Under the pieces are notes generated by a model. That model did not search any database. It saw only the letters and a program-made list of their open reading frames with translations, and was not told where the DNA came from. A program made the translations under genes and the position numbers. Below are positions 1 to 12,671 of a stretch of 64,000 nt of DNA, in pieces (position 1 is the first letter of the stretch; each line of letters opens with the position of its first letter). Where the stretch lies: NCBI RefSeq assembly GCF_037042905.1, contig NC_087250.1, positions 4,404,001 to 4,468,000 of the forward strand. The letters are read 5' to 3'. The stretch comes from Lytechinus pictus (Eukaryota).

Positions 1-295
1 AATTGATCAAGAATTCAATAGAATTACCAAAGCAATACAGCACGGACAAAGTTTATCGAGCTTAACTGGCATTTGACCTTAATCATAATAACTGAAACCC
101 GTGCAAAATGATAAGCAATACATGATTATTTTAATATAAAAGTTTTATGAAATAAATCTGAAGATCAATACCTTTAAGGCTATGCATTTAAAAAAATGTA
201 ACTTTGGTTAAGACTTCAAATTGATACCACACCATGGTCAAAGTTCATTGACCCTAACTGACCATTTGACCCTGATCATGTGAACAGTGAAACAC
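1..295 (-). mobile_element. Fragment of the Helentron/HINE-like family seen at 12672-13814
   Basis: ggtcaaagttcattgacc and gacc..gatcatgtga are reverse complements of that element's internal repeats. Confidence 0.55.
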
Positions 296-299
296 ATGT

Positions 300-485
300 T
301 AATTATTATTATTATTATTAATACTATTTTAAAGTGCACCACTAGTTACCAACAATGCATAGAGCATTTCCATTTATTTGAAAGCAGGATAAAAGAGCAC
401 TGTAGGTTAAATGACTTGCTCAGGGGCATAGGTGCCGCGACCGGGGATTGAACCCCGGACTTTCATGTATAGCCAGGCGCCTTAA
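300..485 (-). mobile_element. tRNA-derived SINE fragment, truncated by a MITE insertion
   Basis: B-box GGTTCAATCCC on the minus strand (ggggattgaacccc), ctgagcaagtcatttaacc core-like segment and an (ATT)n tail. Confidence 0.65.
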
Positions 486-1151
486 AGGTCCTATGACACC
501 AATTCCATCTTATTTTAGGTACATATCTATTATTAGGTAGTTTTACTTGAAAAATACGAATTTGCCATCGGTTTCTGTGTCCGACCAACCGGTGATGAGT
601 TATTCCATGGAAATGAACTTCAACGGGAACGCGCCCAGTAAACATTTTCGAAAGAGTCGACAGATCGACCTGTCAGTTATTGTGACGTCATCGAAAGTTA
701 TTGTACACGTTCCTCGTGTAGTTACTGTTTCGACCGAGCTCATCTTTAACGGATTAAAAAAAAAAAATTGATGAGGTTTTGATCATGGCTGCAGCATCGT
801 CATCAGCTGCGTCTGATTCTTCAGACTTTGAAGATTCAGGTTCTGAATATCATTCCAGCTATTCAATTTATTTACTATGAATCCACACGTGCAACCACAA
901 TAGGCACTTCTCGCTCCAAACGTCAGCAACGCTCATCAGCTTCTTTCCCCGACGTCATAATTGTCACGTGATATACGAAACCAAATCGGGTTGAATGCTT
1001 GTGGGCGGGGCGAATTTGGCTCTATTTTCAATATAAAACTGCCTTTGAACCTGATGTGGGATGTTTTTCGGGTAAAATATTGATGGAATCGTAATTAGTA
1101 ACCACTAGGCTAACGAATAAATCAGCATCTTTGCTGTATTTCATGGGACCT
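486..1151. mobile_element. Kolobok-type non-autonomous DNA element (5'-truncated second copy at 3545-4083)
   Basis: TTAA|aggtcctatgaca ... tttcatgggacct|TTAA. TIRs match at 11 of 13 bases, with purine-purine termini. Confidence 0.75.
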
Positions 1152-2922
1152 TTAATGAAAAAAATTACGATACTCTGATGTAACATTTCCCTGACTGAAA
1201 GGTAAAAGTCTGGTCGAATAATATCCTATACACACTTTAAATTTTAATGTTATTCGGGTAATTCTCAGAAAAGACAGGAAATTACATTAAAATCACATTT
1301 TTTTTAAACAAAAGTTGATTATTTTTATACCACTAGATTCCTTGACCTCATAAATGGTGGTGTAGGTGCAAAAAATATGATTCTAGGTTATTTAGAAGCC
1401 GAGATAATGCTGAAAGCCCCGTTCACGGCGGCCATTTTGAAAAATCCAAGATGGCGGCCATATAGGGGGTCGGTGCAAATGAAAACATTGTTATTTTGAT
1501 TCATTATACAATAAAGGTTCCAAAAAATGTATAGTTTTCAATACAAAAAAAAATCCGGCGAAATTACATAGTGAAACTGACTATTAGTAATTGGACCTTC
1601 GACTTGGCCACCACTGCAGCTCTGTAGATGACGCATTGCATCATTGCATTGGGGAATCCCCGCTCGAATTACGCAATCCATTGTATTGCAACATATCCTT
1701 CGTGAAATCAAGACAAGCCTACCCCCTCCCCCTTTTTTTTGTTTGGACCAGAATACCACGGAGTAACAACGCGTCACATTTCCATAATGATTATTGAATA
1801 GCTTTGGTAATGACTGTAAGTTGACATCGACTCTGGAAGATAATTCACTGAGCAATTCGAATCTTGGAAACGCCGCTGTGTATCGTTTTGTGTGTAATAA
1901 TACTGCCAGATACATGAAATGGGATCAGGATGTGTTGTGTGTGCCATTGTTGTTGTATCAATTCTAATCGGTAAGTATTATGATGTGCCCGTATTGGTTA
2001 ATGGGGTTCATCCTGTATATGTGGCTGTGTATTAATACTTTACTGTAAATAAATGCAAAGACAAAGTCATTTAGATTAAGGGTCTGTATAGCTGGAAAAG
2101 GTTTTCAAAGAGGTGCTGTTTGTTTCCTAACACCCCCAACCCCCTGGAAAAGAAACTTTTTACTCCATAACTGAAAGAAATTTAGAAGAAAAAAAAACAA
2201 TGACAGGCAAAAAGCCCCAAAACAAAACATGGTTATCACTTAAACATTAAGTTGACTTTGTTGAGAAAAATTATTATATAAGTCCAACAAAAGAGAAGAG
2301 GAAGAGAGGGATAAGTAGAATGACAATGCGATAATATTGCATCGTCATTCTTACTTTTTTAAGAATTAAATTGCTTTTTTAACCCTTGGTGTAATTGATA
2401 TCTAGTTAGTTTTATATAAAGTGATCTCTCTCTGAAGATATATTTCTTATTTGACTAGTCTACGTGCCTTATAGATTTAGACTGACTGAAAATAAATTTA
2501 ATAGACACTGTTGAGGGTCAATTGAAAGTAGACATGGTAGAGAGAGACATAGAAAACAAATATTCAAAAGATTAGGGGATTGTTTTGATTTTTACAAACT
2601 AAACGAATATTGCTTTTTTTGTATAGCATTTTACCAAAGGTTTCCTTACCAAAAGCGTCATGGTAACCTTAATAAGAGAATCATAATTAATCAATTCACT
2701 CAATATTGTTGTATATAGAAGTGCAAATACGTTTTATTAGGTTTTGTTTTTCTTTTGAAAGAGCGAATTCTCTGACATATCATGTGCGTTTAGTTATTCT
2801 AGACTTACTGCCTCTATACAAACAACATAATGATTTATCTTTCTGATTGTTTTTTAATTGTTGTTAATAGTTTACACTTTCTCCATGGCTTTCATTGTAT
2901 CCTTTATCAAAAACTTGGTTAA

Positions 2923-3150
2923 CTCTTTGTTTGCGCGCTGACGTTGAAATTTTGCACATTCGTACAATTTAATTCAACAATCGTAATGATAGTGTTCTCC
3001 CTACCTTCAAATTAGAAAAGCTAATAAAAGGCAATAGTTCTTTGATAACAATAAGTATAAATGATGGACTATGGAAATCTTGAATTAAAGAAAATAACAT
3101 GGAAACAATTGTCATTTCTTTTCCCAAAAAATAATTAAGCGTGCAAAGAG
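2923..3150. mobile_element. piggyBac-like MITE (second copy at 5877-6106)
   Basis: TTAA|ctctttg..cgcgctga ... agcgtgcaaagag|TTAA. Confidence 0.6.
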
Positions 3151-6114
3151 TTAAAGAGATGCTCCGTGCTGAAGATATTAATAAATAAATGAATTTCACA
3201 AAGCAACAATTCTGCAAATGTCATCAGTATAGTATAACAAATAACGAAGTTATCAAATATCGAAGTTTTGCATTATTCCGGTGAAACAGTTCTAGGCAAG
3301 TCTGCATGAATATTCATAAAGTGTGCTGATGTCATATTCCCACTTGTTCTTTTGTATTTTATTATATGAAATTAGGTTTATTCAAACATTTTATACCAAT
3401 GAACTAAAACAGTTGGATTGACAACTGACTTAGTGCATTCGTTATTTCTTGCTGCAACTAATTTCCTCATAATGGAGACACATCATTTACATATTTATGA
3501 AAAAATGAAACTATTATGATTTCATGTAATGACATAAGAAAAAGTTATTTCATGGAAATGAACTTCAACGGGAACGCGCCCAGTAAACATTTTCGAAAGA
3601 GTCGACAGATCGACCTGTCAGTCATTGTGACGTCATCGAAAGTTATTGTACACGTTCCTCGTGTAGTTACTGTTTCGACCGAGCTCATCCTTTTAGATTT
3701 TTTTGAGGTTTTGATCATGGCTGCAGCATCGTCATCGGCTGCGTCTGATTCTTTAGACTTTGAAGATTCAGGTTCTGAATATCATTCCAGCTATTCAATT
3801 TATTTACTATGAATCCACACGTGCAACCACAATAGGCACTTCTCGCTCCAAACGTCAACAACGCTCATCAGCTTCTTTCCCCGACGTCATAATTGTCACG
3901 TGATATACGAAACCAAATCGGGTTGAATGCTTGTGGGCGGGGCGAATTTGGCTCTATTTTCAATATAAAACTGCCTTTGAACCTGATGTGGGATGTTTTT
4001 CGGGTAAAATATTGATGGAATCGTAATTAGTAACCACTAGGCTAACGAATAAATCAGCATCTTTGCTGTATTTCATGGGACCTTTAATGAAAAAAATTAC
4101 GATACTCTGATGTAACATTTCCCTGACTGAAAGGTAAAAGTCTGGTCGAATAATATCCTATACACACTTTAAATTTTAATGTTATTCGGGTAATTCTCAG
4201 AAAAGACAGGAAATAACATTAAAATCAATTTTTTTAAACAAAAGTTGATTATTTTTATACCACTAGATTCCTTGACCTCATAGGGTGGTGTAGGTGCAAA
4301 AAATATGATTCTAGGTTATTTAGAAGCCGAGATAATGCTGAAAGCCCCGTTCACGGCGGCCATTTTGAAAAATCCAAGATGGCGGCCATATAGGGGATCG
4401 GTGCAAATGAAAACATTGTTATTTTGATTCATTATACAATAAAGGTTCCAAAAAATGTATAGTTTTCAAAACAAAACAAAATCCGGCGAAATTACATAGT
4501 GAAACTGACTATTAGTAATTGGACCTTCGACTTGGCCGTCACTGCAGCTCTGTAGATGACGCATTGCATCATTGCATTGGGGAATCCCCGCTCGAATTAC
4601 GCAATCCATTGTATTACAACATATCCTTCGTGAAATCAAGACAAGCCTACCCCCCCCCCCCTCCCCCTTTTTTTTTGTTTGGACCAGAATACCACGGAGT
4701 AAGAACGCATCACATTTCCATAATGATTATTGAATAGCTTTGGTAATGACTGTAAGTTGACATCGACTCTGGAAGATAATTCACTGAGCAATTCGAATCT
4801 TGGAAACGCCGCTGTGTATCGTTTTGTGTGTAATAGTACTGCCATATACAGGAAATGGGATCAGGATGTGTTGTGTGTGCCATTTTTGTTGTATTAATTC
4901 TAATCGGTAAGTATTATGATGTGCCCGTATTGGTTAATGGGGTTCATCCTGTATATGTGGCTGTGTATTAATACTTTACTGTAAATAAATGCAAAGACAA
5001 AGTCATTTAGATTAAGGGTCTGTATAGCTGGGAAAGGTTGTCAAAGAGGTGCTGTTTGTTTCCTAACACCCCCACCCCCCTGGAAAATAAACTTTTTACT
5101 CCATAACTGAAAGAAATTTAGAAGAAAAAAAAACAATGACAGGCAAAAAGCCCCAAAACAAAACATGGTTATCACTTAAACATTAAGTTGATTTTGTTGA
5201 GAAAAATTGTTATATAAGTCCAACAAAAGAGAAGAGGAAGAGAGGGATAAGACGAATGACAATGCGATAATATTGCATCGTCATTCTTACTTTTTAAGAA
5301 TTAAATTGCTTTTTTAACCCTTGGTGTAATTGATATCTAGTTAGTTTTATATAAAGTGATCTCTCTCTGAAGATATATTTCTTATTTGACTAGTCTACGT
5401 GCCTTATAGATTTAGACTGACTGAAAATAAATTTAATAGACACTATTGAGGGTCAATTGAAAGTAGACATGGTAGAGAGAGAGATAGAAAACAAATATTC
5501 AAAAGATTACGGGATTGTTTAGATTTTTACAAACTAAACGAATATTGCTTTATATGTTGTCTGTTTTTTTTTTTGTTTTTTTTTAGCATTTTACCAAAGG
5601 TTTCCTTACCAAAAGCATCATGGTAACCTTAATAAGAGAATCACAATTAATCAATTCACTCAGTTTTTGTTGTATAGAAGTGCAAATACGTTTTATTCGG
5701 TTTTGTTTTTCTTTTGGAAGAGCGAATTCTCTGACATATCATGTGCGTTTAGTTATTCTAGACTCGCTGCCTCTATACAAACAATGATTTATCTTTCCGA
5801 TTGTTTTTTAATTGTTGTTAATAGTTTACACTTTCTCCATGGCTTTCATTGTACCCTTTATCAAAAACTTGTTTAACTCTTTGGTTGCGCGCTGACGTTG
5901 AAATGTTGGACATCCGTACAATCTAATTTAACAATCGTAATAATTAGTTTTCTCCTTTGCCTTCAAATTAGAAAAACTAATAAAAGGCAATAGTTCTTGG
6001 ATAACAATAAGTATAAATGGTGCACTATGGGAATCTTGAATTAAAGAAAATAACATGGAAACGATTGTCATTTCTTTTCCAAAAAAATAATTCAGCGTGC
6101 AAAGAGTTAAAGAG

Positions 6115-7120
6115 GAAGAACATCACGGAATATTGCAATTTCAAATAAAGTTAAATTCTACTTCCCGACTCGTATATTATTGAACTTATACTCTACGCTG
6201 ATACTCCCGCATTTGAACTTTTGTATTATCGCATGGGGGTTAGTCCTGATTTTCATTTGAATAGACTTTTACTACTCCAGAAAAAGCTTTGCGCGTTATT
6301 TGCCATTCCCATTATCGGGCACATACGAACGTTCTTTTTAAAACTCATGGTATTCTTAAGATACATGATCTTTACCATTATAATCTTGGATCTTTTATGT
6401 ACAACCTTAGTAAAAATGAACTACCAGACGTATTTTATTCTATGTTTACAAGAAATATCAATGTTCATCACTACCCTACAAGATCTGTTGGACTTTTCCA
6501 TTTATCTATATAGAACGAGGACATTATTAACAAACACACTGTTCATATCTTCTGGCATCAAACTTTGGAATTCACTTCCGCAAACTTTACGAAATAAGCC
6601 AACTATTCATAGCTTCAATAGAGCACTTTAAAAAAACCTAACCAATAACTATAACACTCACATCATTCATCCTACTTAGGATATCTTGTGGATATTCTGT
6701 TCTTCCGGATCCCCCCCCCCCCCGCCTTTATTTCGCTTCTTTTCCCGTCTCTTTTCATTCGCTCTACCTGTGCAGATTTGTTTTTTGTCTGTTTTCTTTT
6801 ATTCGTTTTTTGTCCTTTTTTTCCAATTTGTTTATTCTTGTACTATTTTGTATGTCTTATTTTGGTATAACTTTTTGTCATGCCTTGTTTTTGTACCGTT
6901 CTGTCAAGTCCTGTTTTTGTAACGTTTTGTTTTGTGTGTCCTTTTCACTTTTTCTCCATATCTTGTAATATAACCCAGCCTTGTTTATCTTTTACTTGGG
7001 AGAATATGTAAAAAAAATATATATTTAACAAGGATTTACATATAATTTCTACAAGAAAGATATAATGACTTGTGTATTATATATATTTTGAACTTCAACA
7101 AGAAAGATATGATTTGTATA

Positions 7121-7156
<36 letters not shown>

Positions 7157-7319
7157 AACTTTGTATTTTGCATTAATGTGTCTTATTTATTGAAGGAAAC
7201 ATTCAATAACAAACATTGCTTTTCAGAAGGTTTCTATTTCATTTCATAATGTTATATTATATTTTGATTTACTTTGTAACCTTGTTGAAATTTTGGCATG
7301 AATAAATTCGTTATCAATC
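6115..7319 (+). mobile_element. 5'-truncated CR1/L2-group LINE (ORF2 C-terminus and 3' UTR)
   Basis: Decayed frame SRNIAISNKVKFYFP..LYSTLILPHLN..LLLLQKK..HHYPTR..GIKLWNSLP. AATAAA plus an (ATCA)-type tail. TSD aaagag at 6109-6114 and 7320-7325. Empty site visible in copy 1 at ~3153. Confidence 0.9.
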
Positions 7320-7320
7320 A

Positions 7321-7855
7321 AAGAGATGCTCCGGGATGAGGATATTAATAAATATAATAAATTTCACGAAGCAAAAGTTCTGCAAATTTCATCAATATCT
7401 GATAACAAATAACGAAGTTATCAAATATCGAAGTTTTGCATTATTCCGGTGAAACAGTTCTAGGCAAGTCTGCATGAATATTCATAAAGTGTGCTGATGT
7501 CATATTCCCACTTGTTGTTTTGTATTTTATTATATGAAATTAGGTTTATTCAAACATGTTATACCAATGAACTAAAACAATTGGATTGACAACTGACTGA
7601 GTGCATTCGTTATTTCTTGCTGCAACTAATTTCGTCATAATGGAGACACATATTTATGAAAGAGTGAAACAATTATGATTTCATGTAATAACATAAGAAA
7701 AAGGAAAGTGGGAATATGACATCATCTGTCCACCTAATGAATATTCATGAAGACATGCCTAGAACTGTTTCACCGGAATAATTCAAATATTTAAAATTCT
7801 ATAACTTTGTTATTTATTATACGATTTTGATGAAATTTTCAGCATTTTGCTCTGA
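7321..7855. mobile_element. Kolobok-type MITE body (same family as 3155-3544 and 17767-18617)
   Basis: Shares gcattattccggtgaaacagtt..taggca and internal palindromic blocks with 17767-18617. Left end TTAA|agag. Confidence 0.7.
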
Positions 7856-8657
7856 TTTCTGTCGTGATGTATCTTTCTGTTTGACCCTTTGTAAATGCTT
7901 TATGCAATAAACCCCTCCAAAAAAAGTTTGAAACTCTGAGTTTGGCCATTAATTTCTCCCAAATCCCAGTTTTAAACAATGAAAATAAAAGATTTTTTAA
8001 ATCATCACTTTATCAAATATTCAAAATCAAACAAAGGAACATATAGACCGGCCAAACGTCAAAAAGTGATCGAGATAAGGATTCGTCGGCAAAATTTGTT
8101 AATGCTTGGCATCCTAGCTAATAGTCTTGCAAAAACACCCAGGAATAGCGTACGGCCGGATGCCAAGCGTAATTTTGCGTGAAAGTGTCATTATTAGCGT
8201 AAAATCTGAAAGAATGTCAAAATCACGCGTTTTGATATTTTGACGGATTATCATCATATTTCAGATTATCCTTGATATGCAATTATTTTTATTTGGAGAT
8301 TCAAATTATAAGTCTCAAAAATATGCATTTAAAATTTGAATATTACACACAAACATAAAGCGCAGTGAAACATGAAACCGCGATTTACTCATTATAAAAG
8401 TTTGTGAAAAATATCAATAGTTTGAAGTTTTGTTTTACGCAACTTTAAATTCTTCGATTTGAATGCGTTTAAATGCGAGCTAGAACTTCGGTCTCTGTAT
8501 TTGGTGAGTGGAGCCAACGGAGTTCAGCGGAACAACGAACATAACAGAGACCGAAGCATTGGGTCTAATTACGTATAAATATGCATTAAACCACGGATAG
8601 CTATGCATACCGCTCAATGAAATACTTTCGGACGAGTTGCGGATTGACTGGCACTTT

Positions 8658-11140
8658 CATTTCATTTTTCATTTCATTTTCAACAATTACAGTTTATTTT
8701 GTACATTTTAACATATAAATAACAAAACATATTTCAAGTATTCCTGTACAAAAATTATATTCAAGATTATTACATATCAAGTTGGAAATGGAGGAGGCTG
8801 CTAAAAAGCGGAGCTTGTAGAGTGCAGCCTCCTAATAAATATTCTTGTAGTTGCATAACATATAAAAATAAAAATAACGACTAGAGCATGAACCAGTTAA
8901 ATTAAAAGAAAATAGGGGAAATTAAAATAGAAAAGGAAATGAGAAAAAGAGAGATTAAAGGTCTCCAGAATCCAGCCCCAGCACTCACAGACGGACCTCG
9001 TTGATCATCAGGAAAACGAAAGAGATGGAAAAGCGTACGTGACATGATAATCATGTTTGATTTTTAAAAATACAAGAGTTTGAGTGATGAAGAGTTAAAT
9101 TCAATGGATATCTTGGAGAAATGTTTTGAACTTATATTTGAAAGAATTAAGGCTTGGTGATTCTTTGATGTTTTTATTAATAGTTCCCCAGAGTCTAGGG
9201 GCTTCAAAAGTAAAAATAGATTGTGCAAGGATGGTCCGGGGTAGTGGTAAATGGAATTCATCTGATTGACGTGTGGGATATTTGTGAAGAGTTTTGTTTT
9301 TGTTAAATGAAGAATTAAATATGAATGGTAACATATTATTGTTTAACTGATACATGAATTGACCGAAGTTATATTGGTACAGTGTTTTTATTTTTAGAAT
9401 GTTATTGTTAAAAAAACAACTCATCTGTGTAAGATCTCCAGGACAAGTTGAAAATAACACGCAATGCCTTCTTTTGTAAAAGTAATATTCTATCAAGGTA
9501 GGTTGAGTGTGTATTTCCCCAAACAATTGCTCCATAATTTAAATATGGTAAAATTAATGTTGAATAAAGCATTTTTAGGGAGGAAGTGCGAAGAAAAAAC
9601 TTAACTTTGTTAATAACACCAATATTGCGTGAAATTGTACGACATATAAAGTCGATGTGTGTTTTCCAAGATAATTTGTTGTCTATTATGAGACCTAAAA
9701 ATGTTGTTGTAGTAACAACTTCAATGTCTTTATTGTCCAATTTGATATCAAATGGCAATTGTTCTAAAGAATTGCTAAAAAGCATGCATTTCGTTTTTTG
9801 TACATTAATTGACAATTTGTTAGCCCTAATCCATTGTACCAATTTATCCAGTTCAGTGTTCAGTACATTTATTAAAATATCGGGGATAGGATGAGAGTAT
9901 TGTACATTTGAATCATCTGCAAAAAGGACATAAGATAATATTTCAGAGGAGTTCTGGATGTCATTTATATAGATTATAAATAAAAGAGGGTCCAGGAGGC
10001 TGCCTTGGGGAACACCCCAGTTAACATTTTGTAGAGAAGAATTTTGTTCATTTATGCTTACGAATTGTTTACGATTTACGAGGTAGTTTCTGAACCACTC
10101 CAAGGCCTTCCCACGAACTCCGTAATTGTCAAGTTTGTAGAGCAGTATTTCATGATTTATAGTGTCAAAGGCCTTGGAGAGGTCCAGAAAAACACCTATT
10201 GTATGTTCAAAGTTGTCAATAGCTTTTGTGATTTTGTCAATAAATGAGAGAGTGGCATGAGATGTACTATGTTTTTGGCGAAATCCAAATTGAAAATCAG
10301 AGATTATATTATATTTATTCAAAAAATGTAATAATCTTGTGTAGATCACCCTTTCCATAACTTTAGACAAAGTAGGTAATAAAGCTATCGGTCTATAGTT
10401 ACATACATTAATCTTTTCTCCTTTTTTGTGCACTGGTATTATCTTTGATATTTTCATATTGTCAGGCACGACGCCATTACTTAAAGAAAGGTTGAATATG
10501 TATACTAATGGATCAACAATATATTCTATAACATTCTTTAATAAAATATTGTCAATACCATCGTGACCACAGCTTTTTTTGTTTTTTAAGTTGTTCACTA
10601 TATCTATTATTTCATTTCTATGTACTGGTACTAAAAATAAAGAATTAGGGTTTGGTTAGTGAATGAAATCCGTAAATTTTTGTTGTGTTAATGGTATATT
10701 GTCTGCAAGACTTTTTCCAATTTGTGTAAAGTATTGATTAAATATATCAGCTATACGAAAAGAATCATGAATTTCAACATTATTGTGCTTTATTGTTTTT
10801 ATGCGTGCTTTTGTGCTTTTTTTTTAATTTATGGCAGTGTTTATTGTTTTCCATGTTTTATTGATGTCGTGTTTGAAACGAATTAATTGATTTGTGAAAT
10901 ATTTTCGTTTTTCACTCCGCAATAATTTAGTGAGGGTGTTTTTATATGTAGTATATTTACGATGTGACTTTTCTGAGCGATTAATTTTATCGGCATAGTA
11001 TAAGTTATTTTTGCGATTTATTGATCGTAATATTGATTTCGATATCCAAGGAAGTCTTGGACTCTTTTTATAATTATTACATTTACTGACCAATGGTACA
11101 TGTCTATCTAAATTTGAAGTAAAATTTTTCATAAATATAT
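8658..11140 (-). pseudogene. 5'-truncated, frameshifted CR1/L2-group LINE ORF2 (reverse transcriptase)
   Basis: RT motifs YRPIALLP, QFGFR, FLDLSKAFDTI, GVPQGS and LFADD, split over several frames. 3' UTR hairpin aggctgc...gcagcct, (TGAAA)n tail and candidate TSD acttt at 8653-57 and 11141-45. Confidence 0.95.
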
Positions 11141-12067
11141 ACTTTAACGTGGGATCTAACTCGGCTCGACTCACGTTAGCTTTCTCCATGCTACCGATGC
11201 ACGTCGTGTCTGACTGCGGCCGGGTCCCGCCTTGGGGCCATTATTGCATGCAGGCATGTCCACATATGGGAATGACGATGTAATATTGATGTGGCAGATA
11301 TGGCAAGTTCCGACTCGGAGTCCTCGTATAAGACACAATAGAAGTCCGGATGTATTTCAAGATAGTTGAGCCACATGGCTCATTTGCTTGTTTGTTATAT
11401 TAAAACAGTAGTCGAGTACATTTTATTTAACGCACTTGCCGGCTTTAAACGAAACTCGATTTTCAATTTCATTTTAATTTCCCAGCGTGTTTGTCCCATT
11501 GAAGACACCGTTAAAAAAATCGCATCGAAATCCCCCAAATCGCCAAAAATCCAAAACCCGAGTGATTTCGAACGCGACTCGAGTGATTATAATAAGCCAA
11601 CTGATTATGTCACACAATCACAGTGTTCTATTTCATCATCATAAATAATTCAAATTTAGCCCTATGGGCGAAAATTTGATTTATGTTGGCTCACGTACAG
11701 TTAACTTGGTATTTCCATGTATACATGATTAAGGGCTCATGGTTACAGTATTTCTGTGTTGAATCATTTTTTAACTACGCAGTAAGATCAAATTATACAA
11801 ATAGTTTTCATTTTTCATTGTTTTCTTTAGTTTACTCGGCTGTGATCTCGTATGTCTACTTCAGGACTAGCAATCCAAGTGAGTATACATATGGTCATAT
11901 ACTTTATGAAATCAAAATGTGCATGATACCACCTATTTAGATTTTAATTTTTTTAACCCCCCCCCAAAAAAAAAAAAAATACAAAATACAAAATCCGTAC
12001 AAATGTCAAGGAACAAAATAAACTAGGTTAAATTCGGCACGAAATGTTAGAATCGAAACGTTGGGAC

Positions 12068-12232
12068 GGTGCGACGGTGACCTGTAGGGGGCATTAATAT
12101 TTGTATTATTAGTCGTTGTATCTTGAACATCATATCTTGAACGATAAATCCTGTTCAAGATACGATGATAGATCATGACCTTACGACTGATAATACAAAT
12201 ATTAATGCCCCCCTACAGGTCAACGTCCCACC
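12068..12232. mobile_element. Short hairpin MITE with ~50 bp arms
   Basis: gacctgtagggggcattaatatttgtattat and its reverse complement ataatacaaatattaatgccccctacaggtc. Confidence 0.75.
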
Positions 12233-12671
12233 GGACAACATACCGCCCTCTATGGTCGATGAGAGTTCAGCAATAAAATTACGGTAACAACTGAATAATT
12301 TTAAATGTTAATCATATTCTAACCACATTGTAAAACTCTTAAGCGTAACTCTGTAGTACTATGAAAACATGCAATATTATACCTAATTTATATGTTCGTT
12401 CCATCTGATTTTCTTTTTTGTAGGCCTGACGAAGGCCGATGATGGCCAAAAGGTTAATTGCAATAAAAAGAGAAATCTGGGAGCTACACTCGTCGTTATT
12501 CTGTCTTCCAAGTATATATATATATATACATATATATTTATGTAAATACTGCACATCTTAATTTATGTCAACAACGTGAACAAGGTCGATATCTTCGTCA
12601 GAAATTCTGAAGCAGTGATGACATATATAAATAATGCATCGGCGGTTTTAGTTATCGTGATAATAATTTCA

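Larger units (their letters stand above)
600..7703 (+). repeat. Tandem duplication of a ~2.95 kb unit (600-3544 and 3545-7703; copy 2 carries a 1.2 kb LINE insertion)
   Basis: Near-identical colinear sequence. The junction at 3544/3545 joins the interior of one MITE to the interior of another, with 'ag' microhomology. Confidence 0.95.

Noticed and set aside
780..880. Acidic YSEPE... frame as a remnant of a Kolobok accessory protein (also Cys-containing traces at ~48240-48320)
   Set aside because: Too short and interrupted to support by eye. It would need a profile search against Kolobok proteins.
9101..11189. Functional or domesticated reverse transcriptase gene
   Set aside because: It is frameshifted, lacks the endonuclease domain through 5' truncation, and has a LINE tail.
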